This document shows, one piece after another, positions 50,986-58,881 of a stretch of 64,000 nt of DNA. The translations under genes were made by a program, and so were the position numbers. Source of the DNA: Candidatus Poribacteria bacterium (GTDB taxonomy: Bacteria; Poribacteria; WGA-4E; WGA-3G); NCBI GenBank assembly GCA_965198235.1, contig OZ240248.1, forward strand, positions 2,976,001-3,040,000, in the 5' to 3' direction. Numbering within the stretch: the first letter of the stretch is position 1; every line of letters begins with the position of its first letter. The notes under the pieces were generated by a model. The model worked only from the letters and a program-made list of their open reading frames with translations. It was not told the DNA's origin and did no database searches.

Positions 50986-51450
50986 TCAGTTCGTTTTTTT
51001 TAGAACCTGTCGTATCGTTTCATGAGAAATACTTGAAAAATGGTTGAGTTCTACCATTTTCTCTGCTAACAGGCGAAGCGTCCATCTTGAGAAACCCTCC
51101 GGGGCTTCTGAACAGGCTAAAGCGATCAGATGCGCCTCTTTTTCGCCATCAAACTTTTGCCATCTTGATGCCTCGCAACGCTTCTTAGGAGTCAGGGTGG
51201 CTCTGAGACCCTCAAGCACAAAGGCTTTACGGACTCTCTGAATCGTAGGGATTGAGACTTCAACGGCTTCTTGTATCTGCTCATCTGAGTAGGCGGGGCC
51301 AAACTCACCCGCGTCTGCTTTCAGTAAGATTCTCGCACGCGTGAGTTTGCGTGCCGATTCTCTGCCTGAAGATATCAAATCAATGAGATAATCTCGTTGA
51401 CACTCATCAAGTAGGACTGCGTATCGTTTCGCTGGCATCATAGACTCCAA
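50986..51450 (-). CDS. IS630 transposase, HTH domain (OrfA)
   Basis: RARILLKAD, LACSEAPEG, RWTLRLLA, ETIRQVLKK; A8 run at the OrfA/OrfB junction. Confidence 0.9.
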   Translation of the reverse strand: MESMMPAKRYAVLLDECQRDYLIDLISSGRESARKLTRARILLKADAGEFGPAYSDEQIQEAVEVSIPTIQRVRKAFVLEGLRATLTPKKRCEASRWQKFDGEKEAHLIALACSEAPEGFSRWTLRLLAEKMVELNHFSSISHETIRQVLKKTN

Positions 51451-51527
51451 GTTATAGGATTGATTTTCTTAAGTCTAAGAATACCATCTTTCAGATTAAC
51501 TATCAAGATAAACTTGACAAAGCACTA

Positions 51528-52019
51528 GATAGGTTCTGGGAGATTTACAACACAGGACTTACCCGTATCATGGGCGGCAGAGGATTAATCGAACAGCGTC
51601 TCAGTGAAGTTTTCCTCGAAAATCTTCAGCCACAGATAAAGACATGGATATCTTATGGCGAGGAAGACTCAGAACAAACCGAAAAGGCTCTTCTCCGATA
51701 CACTCTAAACCATCTCCTTCAACTTCTTGAGGAAGATGGAGAACGTTGTTTTCCCGAAGAATTTTACCTATATCCACCCGTGTCTGAAGGGATCACAACC
51801 GGAAGTATTGTCAAAGAAAAGACGGACGATCAGCCGTTTGTAGTTCTGAGTCCAGCGTGTGATCTTGTTATCAGAAGCAACGGTGAATTCAAAACGGATC
51901 GGATTCTCCTTGCTGGGATCGAAGATGAAAGTGGGGTTGTGAATGCTGCGCTGGATGGCATTAGAAGAAGACAGAGTAAAGAAAATAAACTCCGAGATGT
52001 ATTTAATGACAACTACAGA
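51528..52019 (+). pseudogene. Internal fragment of an unrelated gene (resembles receiver-domain-associated proteins), cut by IS630 and IS3
   Basis: DRFWEIYNTGLTRIMGGRG...VVLSPACDL; both ends coincide with IS boundaries. Confidence 0.6.
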
Positions 52020-52825
52020 AACGCCGAATGTGGGCGTTTCAGATTATAGACGTGTGTGATAAAATGCCCGATGCGATCTCTGGCCTCGGTGATGTTTTGA
52101 TAGTCATTGATGTGAACTTCTTCCTCTTTGAGGGTGCGTATGAGTCTTTCAGCATATCCGTTCTCCCAAGGCCGTCCGCGCTGTGCGACGGAAATCTCGA
52201 TGCGATGTTCTTGGAGTGTTGCGATATAAGCCTTTGAAAGAGACTGCACGCCTTGATCGGAATGATGAATCTCAGGGACGCTATGGCAGAATGCCTCTTC
52301 GAGCGGTTTGAGCGTCAGAGATTGGAAACTCAAGTGCTGACTGATCTGCCAAGCTTTGATCATTCGGGTGAAAACATCCATGAGTAGGCAGACATAGATG
52401 AAACGTCCATTGAGACGAACATAGGTAATATCGGCCACCCAGACCTGATCCTGACGAGAGACCTCAACGTTTTCGAGGCGGTTGCTCCAAGGCTTTTCAC
52501 CCTGAAGCGATTTTGTTGTTTGACACGCACGCTTGACAGTGACCAAGAGATTCCTATTTTTCATCAATCGAGCGACGCGTCGCGTCCCAACGGTGTATCC
52601 CATACGCAGTAGCAACTGCGTGATACGCCTATACCCGTATCTCGGATACCGTCCGGCAAGTTTCTCTATTTCCGATCGTAGCAGATCTTCGGACGGATCC
52701 TCTTGGGGGTGATAATAGAAACTGCTGCGGTTGAAACCCAGCGTTTCACAAATCTCTCGCACGGAATACTCCGTGTGCAATGCCGAAATGAGGCTTCGCT
52801 TTTCGGATAAGGTCATTTCAACCAA
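52013..52825 (-). pseudogene. IS3 transposase OrfB (rve integrase core), 3'-truncated
   Basis: YGYRRI, WVADITY, HHSDQG, ENGYAER, RPHSA. Confidence 0.85.
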
Positions 52826-53184
52826 TCCAAGGCTTTTTTTTGGATGTCTAACGCCACCGTTAATCTCCCAACAAGCTGCTCAAGGTGAGCGATACGCTTC
52901 TCGGAAACCTCACTCGACTGCTTATCAGTAGAGTCAAACAGCGTAGACGCATTTTCAACGAGCTGTTGCTTCCACTGTGAGAGTTGATTTTCGTTGAGAT
53001 TAGGTTCTCCGCCGACACACTTCTGCTTGGGAAGTCGCACCGCTGAGGACTTCGAGAACAAGTTCAGCTTTAAACTCAGGGGTGAATTTTCTTCGTTTCG
53101 CCATCGGATAACTCCTTTCTAATGAGATTGTATTGTAGCACAATCTTCCTTTAGGGTGTGGTCTAAAAAACCGATGGCAGTACA
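52020..53184 (-). mobile_element. IS3-family element, degenerate (frameshifted orfA, right end lost)
   Basis: Left end 5'-TGTACTGCC; orfA MAKRRKFTPEFK broken near 53005; A8G slippery site; orfB truncated at KRPHSA. Confidence 0.85.
52813..53104 (-). pseudogene. IS3 transposase OrfA, frameshifted
   Basis: Split over ORFs 53000-53185 and 52813-53061. Confidence 0.75.
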
Positions 53185-53638
53185 ATTAGTCTTAGATGTG
53201 GTGCATCAGCGCGCAAAAACAGGCTATCAGGTGTTTCCCAAGGGACCAGATCAATTTTTTGCAGGACCGAGGACAACGGATTTCCAAGATAGCAGAATTC
53301 AGGAACAATGTAATAAAGCAGCTCTGGACATTGATGAACAAAGTATTGAGAACGTTAGAACCTTAGTACAAGATTTTTTAAAAGGACATCGTTTCATTGA
53401 CTTACTTCCCGGGCACTTCGCTTTTGGGATTATAAGGCGTTGGATAAACCACACTGTCAATGTGAGGCAAAGAATTTTAGAAGAGGATATCAGAGTGTTC
53501 CTTTCAACAGAAGTATGGCGGTTGGTGAATACTCGGGACCATAACAGTTTGAAAAGGCGGTTACGGCGTGCAGTTCGGGAAGCAGAACAAATACGCCAAG
53601 CAAATAGTAGTCAAGCACAATCAAACCCTGGTTCGTAG
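53185..53638 (+). pseudogene. C-terminal gene fragment, possibly DUF4435-like
   Basis: Frame opens at the IS3 boundary; LLPGHFAF motif; AT-rich; family call tentative. Confidence 0.45.
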
Positions 53639-53955
53639 TAGTGCGATTCATCGCACGTCAAAGATAAAATGAAACCTGAAACTTCTGACAACCGAAAAAA
53701 TATTACCATTTCCAAATACCTCATCCAAAGCAATTCAATCTTCAGTCTTCCGATTATTTTCCCCAGAGTGTCGCGACCGGGAGGTCGCTCCTACAGAAGA
53801 GGGAGTGTTTTTGCTTGGGTGTTTCCCCAGGATTCGGAGATCCCTTCTACCGAATTTTCCTTGCTTTATTGGCAGCGTATTGGTATAATTAAGGACAAAG
53901 AACCCTGAAACTTCCAGTGAACGTTCACAATCCCAAGAGAGCCCACGTTCATAGC

Positions 53956-54837
53956 ATGGTAACACAACAAAAAATCCCAGAAAGATTCTGGTGCGTTAAA
54001 CAGATAGACATCTTCCGAGACCTTGCCGAAGCAGATGCCGACGCGCTTGCACGGATAACGACTTTCGGACAGTTAAAACATGGAGACACGCTCTCTGCCG
54101 AAGGCGTTTACCTATTGAAGGAAGGTCGCATCAAGATTTATCAAACACCGCCTGAAGGTGACGCTATCACCTTAGACGTGTTGGAGCCCGGTGAATTCTT
54201 TGGGGCAGTGAAATGGGAAAATAACGATACACACCCGAACGTCACGGCTGAGACACTTACAGAAGTTTCCGTTGTTGGAATCGTCACCGTCCAGAACTTC
54301 CAGTATTTTTTGAAGCGAAAACCGCACTTAGCGATGCCGTCACAGAGAACTTTAGCAAGTCTTATAAAGAGGCATCTACGTTGGCGTTCGACGGAATCAG
54401 GGAGTTATAATCTCGTAACCTCATGTCAAAAACCGCGTCGAGGAATGACGAACCCTTTTCTGAACATTGCGTTCCGAAGTCCCGCATCGCGACTCGCGCT
54501 TCTGCTACAGAACTGCGCCGATACACAGGGACGCGGAGGCACGACGATAGGACACGGTTCAAAGCGCGTCCCACATAAACTTTCGACAAAGCGGTTGGCA
54601 CAATTAATCGGCAGCTCCGTTGAAAAAATGGAGGCACTCCTAAATCAGTTTAAACAGCATCAGATAATAGAGAAACGGTTTCGGCGGATCCAGATCCTTG
54701 ATCCTTGGCAATTAAAAAAGATTGCCAACGCAAGAATGGAAACGCTACCACCTGAAACAGTCAAAAATCAAGAGAACACCCAAACTTATGAGCAAGAAGA
54801 ACCCTTATTTGCAGCTCGACCAGCAGATGGTCGGTGA
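53956..54837 (+). CDS. Crp/Fnr family transcriptional regulator
   Basis: LLKEGRIKI, PGEFFG, SRLALLL, LAQLIGSS HTH. Confidence 0.85.
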   Translation: MVTQQKIPERFWCVKQIDIFRDLAEADADALARITTFGQLKHGDTLSAEGVYLLKEGRIKIYQTPPEGDAITLDVLEPGEFFGAVKWENNDTHPNVTAETLTEVSVVGIVTVQNFQYFLKRKPHLAMPSQRTLASLIKRHLRWRSTESGSYNLVTSCQKPRRGMTNPFLNIAFRSPASRLALLLQNCADTQGRGGTTIGHGSKRVPHKLSTKRLAQLIGSSVEKMEALLNQFKQHQIIEKRFRRIQILDPWQLKKIANARMETLPPETVKNQENTQTYEQEEPLFAARPADGR

Positions 54838-56167
54838 CATCTACACTTCGCAAGAAGTAATGGAAAACCTGACAGTCTTATGTGATGAATACGGTGCTCG
54901 GTTCGCCGGAACGCCGGAGGAATATGAAGCCGCGAACTTCATCGCCGCGTGTTTCAAACGTTACGGACTCCAGAACGTCAAACTTGAGACCTATCCCTAC
55001 GCGGGCTGGACGCGTGGCACGGCGACGCTTGAGGTTATCGAACCGATTCGTCGAACGTTGCACTGCATCTCGCTACCCTACTGCCCCGCTGCCGACATCA
55101 CCACTGAGCTTGTGTCGGCTGGGTATGGAAGTCCTGACGAATACACTGCACTCGGTGATACAGTTACCGATAAACTGGTTATGGCGAAGAGTGCCTCACC
55201 CCCTGATCTCGGAAGATGGGTACACCGCAAGGAGAAGTTTGAACGCACCGTGCTTGCGGGCGCAAGTGGATTCATTTTTGTCAGTGAACACCCTGGTGTC
55301 GGACCCGAAACGGGAAGCCTTCAAAATAACAGACGCGCACCCATCCCCGGTATATCCGTTTGCAAAGAGGATGGCGAATTCTTAACGCGGTTGATAGCAC
55401 GAGGAAACGGAAAAGTGACACTAAAACTCCAGACAACGGACATCAATGAACCGCGGACCTCTTGGAACGTCGTCGCAGATTTGCCCGGTAATGAAAATGC
55501 CGAAGAGATGGTGGTTGTGGGGTGCCATTACGACGGACACGATATTTCACAAGGCGCGCACGACCCCGCTTCAGGGATGGTATCTGTCATAGAAGCCGCG
55601 CGAGTCCTGTCTACCTATGCCGCTGGTTCGCTCAAGTGTACCGTCCGTTTCATCGCTTTTGGAACGGAAGAAATCGGGCTCACCGGTGCGTTTCGTTATG
55701 TTGATGCCCATGCGTCGGAGTTGGATAACATTCGGTTTATGCTCAATATGGATGCCGCAGGCGGTTCAAGCCGTAAGGGCATTGTGCTTCATCGCTGGGA
55801 CGCTTTGGAACCCTTCTTTAACACCGCCCGCGAGCAGATGCACACTGAAATGCCGGTTGGACAAAAGGTGCATTCCTACTCTGATCATTTTCCGTTTTTC
55901 CTGAAGGGTGTACCTTCAAGCCACATGGGCGATCCAGAGGCTCCGCCTGGTGGCAGAGGTTTCGGTCATACGGCTTATGATACGCTGGACAAGGTGGAAT
56001 TGGAGAATCTACGGGCTGCCAGTGCAGTCGGCGCAAGAATAGCCCTCCGCTGCGCGAGTGCCGATGATTTTCCCGCCAAACGGCGAACGTCGGAAGCCGT
56101 TCAAGAAATTGTTGATACTGACTCTGGGTTAGAGGGATATCGTATCTCTCTCAAACTGACACGCTAA
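54788..56167 (+). CDS. M28 family aminopeptidase with PA domain
   Basis: GCHYD, GAHD, EEIGLTG, NMD, SDH, HTAYDT. Confidence 0.88.
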   Translation: MSKKNPYLQLDQQMVGDIYTSQEVMENLTVLCDEYGARFAGTPEEYEAANFIAACFKRYGLQNVKLETYPYAGWTRGTATLEVIEPIRRTLHCISLPYCPAADITTELVSAGYGSPDEYTALGDTVTDKLVMAKSASPPDLGRWVHRKEKFERTVLAGASGFIFVSEHPGVGPETGSLQNNRRAPIPGISVCKEDGEFLTRLIARGNGKVTLKLQTTDINEPRTSWNVVADLPGNENAEEMVVVGCHYDGHDISQGAHDPASGMVSVIEAARVLSTYAAGSLKCTVRFIAFGTEEIGLTGAFRYVDAHASELDNIRFMLNMDAAGGSSRKGIVLHRWDALEPFFNTAREQMHTEMPVGQKVHSYSDHFPFFLKGVPSSHMGDPEAPPGGRGFGHTAYDTLDKVELENLRAASAVGARIALRCASADDFPAKRRTSEAVQEIVDTDSGLEGYRISLKLTR

Positions 56168-56177
56168 ATTTTGGAAC

Positions 56178-57644
56178 GTGCAAGTTACGGCAAAAGGAAT
56201 TATGATACGTTCGTGTCGTTGTTATAGTCGTATTCTTCTATTATGGCTATTGATTTCCTCGGTAATTGTAGATGGAACTTGGTACCGAGCCTACAGTGCA
56301 GAGTCCAGTAGGGGCGAGGTTACCTCGTCCATACGACAAAACGCGGTCACGGCATCGCGGCGCACCGCGATTGTCACAGCAGTAGCGAAAGCGAGTCCCG
56401 CAGTCGTCAATATCAGTGCTGTTCGGAGTGTTGAAACACGAACATCTTTTGATGAATGGTTCTGGGGCGAGATCACCTATCCTCGTAGACGTGCCTTACG
56501 AGAGGTCGGTTCTGGAGTTATCGTTGATAAAAACGGACACATCCTGACCAACTATCACGTCATCAGAGATGCCGATAAAATTACCGTCACTATTTCTGAT
56601 GGACGGGAATTCGGGGCACAGGTCGTCGGATATGACCTTTTCTCAGATCTTGCCCTCTTGGAGGTTGATACAGATGGGCTATTCCTACCAGAAATTCAGT
56701 GGGGAGATTCGGATTCCCTTTTGATAGGTGAGTGGGTAGTTGCGATCGGAAATCCTTTCGGTTTATCGATAGGCGATGCCCAACCGACGGTCACAGTTGG
56801 TATTGTGAGCGCAACACGGCGAACGCTCACTGTTGAAGATCTGTATCATGAAGATCTGATTCAAACGGACGCTTCCATTAATCCCGGCAACAGTGGCGGT
56901 GCGTTAGTGAACATCCACGGTGAACTCATCGGTATAAATACTGTCATCCGTTCAACCAGCGGCGGTTCACAGGGTGTCGGTTTCGCGATTCCGGTCAACA
57001 AAGCAAAAAGGGTCCTAAAACAGATTACCGAGTATGGCAGTGTTATTCCACCCTACTTTGCCTTGGAGATACAGCCCGTAACTGAAGAGTTGGCAGAAAA
57101 GTTGTCAATGTCGCGCAACACTGGGGTTTTGGTATCGGAAATAGGTAAACGCAGCCCTATTGCTGATGCAGGCATTAAACGCGGAGATGTCATTGTAGCC
57201 ATTTCCGGACAACGGATAAAGGACGAACAGGACTTTAACGCCCGCACGCGTCTACTCCCACTCAATCAACCTGTCCAGTGTGAGTTCATCCGCCGTGGAA
57301 AAAGGCGACAGACTGAATTCACACTGAAAACCCTACAATGGAATTATGCACCATCCGGATGGGGTATAGCACTTGCCCAGCCTGATAAGGCGATGGCACG
57401 CAAATATAAGCAGCGCGGTGTTATTGTCACGCACGTTGAAAAAAACAGCGGGTTGGCGAGCGCGCTGGAACGTGGGGATTTTATCTACCAAATTGACAAT
57501 ACCATAATTCATTCGCTTGAAATTTTTAAAATTGTTGATGACCATATCCGCACCCAAAATAGAGCGCAAGTCTATTTTGAACGAGATGGAGTCTATCAAG
57601 CCGTTCCCGTCACTTTTTTTAATAGAAACAATCGGCGGAGATAA
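56178..57644 (+). CDS. DegP/HtrA-family serine protease with PDZ domains
   Basis: GSGVI, TNYHVI, DLALL, IQTDASINPGNSGGAL; start uncertain. Confidence 0.93.
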   Translation: MQVTAKGIMIRSCRCYSRILLLWLLISSVIVDGTWYRAYSAESSRGEVTSSIRQNAVTASRRTAIVTAVAKASPAVVNISAVRSVETRTSFDEWFWGEITYPRRRALREVGSGVIVDKNGHILTNYHVIRDADKITVTISDGREFGAQVVGYDLFSDLALLEVDTDGLFLPEIQWGDSDSLLIGEWVVAIGNPFGLSIGDAQPTVTVGIVSATRRTLTVEDLYHEDLIQTDASINPGNSGGALVNIHGELIGINTVIRSTSGGSQGVGFAIPVNKAKRVLKQITEYGSVIPPYFALEIQPVTEELAEKLSMSRNTGVLVSEIGKRSPIADAGIKRGDVIVAISGQRIKDEQDFNARTRLLPLNQPVQCEFIRRGKRRQTEFTLKTLQWNYAPSGWGIALAQPDKAMARKYKQRGVIVTHVEKNSGLASALERGDFIYQIDNTIIHSLEIFKIVDDHIRTQNRAQVYFERDGVYQAVPVTFFNRNNRRR

Positions 57645-57699
57645 GTGTTTTTATAATCTTAACCATCAACTCGTGCTTTAACACTTATAACGGAGGCGA

Positions 57700-57957
57700 G
57701 TTGAGGGTTAAAGTTAACAGTTTTCAGTTTTCAGTTAAGAGATTTTAATGTAACAATTCACCAGTTCTTGGAGTATTCCAAGTTAGGGTAGATTTTTACA
57801 GAATAGTTATCAGAGGGAATGATTATCAGTCATCAGTTATCGGTTATCGGTTAAAGAGGTGCTTTGTTTAACCAAGGGGAAACACCCTATCAAAAACACC
57901 TCTTTTAACTCTCACTGCGAGGCAAACTGACAACTGACAACTGATAACTATAAAAAT
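57700..57957. repeat. Heptamer-like (ACTGACA/TCAGTTA) repeats and micro-modules upstream of the TPR gene
   Basis: CAGTTTT x2, TTATCAG/TTATCGG runs, GAAACACCCTATCAAAAAC, CTCACTGCGAGGCA, ACTGACAACTGACAACTGATA. Confidence 0.65.
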
Positions 57958-58674
57958 ATGAAATTACAACTACCGACACTCATCGCCGTCTGTCTTGCTA
58001 TCCTGCTCATTGGTGGTATCTACTTCTTCGGTAGAGACAAGGCAGAATTGGGAATCGCCGTTAATTTGGAAAGTGAAGAATTCAAGCAACTCTGCACGCA
58101 TGCCACTGATGCATTCAACGCCGGGAAATATCAACAAGCCATTGAACTTTACAGCGACGCGTTAAAGATGCGTCCCGAAAACGCTGAAGTCTATAACGAC
58201 CTCGGAACCGTCTACTACGAGCAAGGTCTCAGATACGCCGGACCGAGTTGGCCCTCGTGGGAAAAAGAGTTGAGGGAAGACTCCGTTGATCAGGCAATCG
58301 CGGAACTTAAAGTCGCTGTCGACAAAACGGGGTCGGGTGCCGTCATGTTCAAAACACGAGACGAAACGGTCGCTGATGCCATTGAAGAAGAGGCAAAACA
58401 ACTCGGCGGAGGTGTATATAGACAGCGTTGGGAAAATGAAACAACGCTTAACGTTCTAATTGGACAAACGAAAGTCTATATGCTGCGCGCTCGCGACCAT
58501 TACATCCGTGCTTTGGATCTGAAACCTACGCATAGTGTCGCTTATCGCAACCTCGGTTCATTTTATATGAAGGTAGGCAGAACCGATAAAGCACTCGATT
58601 ACTATCAAGAGGCGTACAGGTTAGATCCAAGGGATGCCGAGTTAGAAGAATACCTGAATCAGTTCCGAAAGTAA
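57958..58674 (+). CDS. Membrane-anchored TPR protein
   Basis: N-terminal TM helix; TPR units AEVYNDLG and AYRNLG. Confidence 0.82.
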   Translation: MKLQLPTLIAVCLAILLIGGIYFFGRDKAELGIAVNLESEEFKQLCTHATDAFNAGKYQQAIELYSDALKMRPENAEVYNDLGTVYYEQGLRYAGPSWPSWEKELREDSVDQAIAELKVAVDKTGSGAVMFKTRDETVADAIEEEAKQLGGGVYRQRWENETTLNVLIGQTKVYMLRARDHYIRALDLKPTHSVAYRNLGSFYMKVGRTDKALDYYQEAYRLDPRDAELEEYLNQFRK

Positions 58675-58881
58675 TTTTTAACTATTAAATCTGGGCATCG
58701 TTCCAAATGTAAAGCATTCTCACTGCGAAGCAAAATTATGCCATTTAAGGAAACCTAATTTCGTTCCACGATGGTTTCTGGTTAAGTACGAAAGGGTTTC
58801 AGCGAACCTGCCCGGTTTGCATTGCACCAAAAACCTGCCTGAAACGAAGTGGAAGGCAGCCCAGGAGCAATAAATTAAAAA
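58675..58881. repeat. Inverted pair of TTAACC...TTAAAAA elements filling the intergenic space
   Basis: TTTTAACTATTAAATCTGGGCA...GGTTTCTGGTTAAGTACG; GCAGCCCAGGAGCAATAAATTAAAAATG. Confidence 0.75.

Larger units (their letters stand above)
50287..51527 (-). mobile_element. IS630-family insertion sequence
   Basis: Terminal inverted repeats TAGTGTTGTGTCAA / TTGACAAAGCACTA with CTAG at both junctions; two-ORF transposase. Confidence 0.92.
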
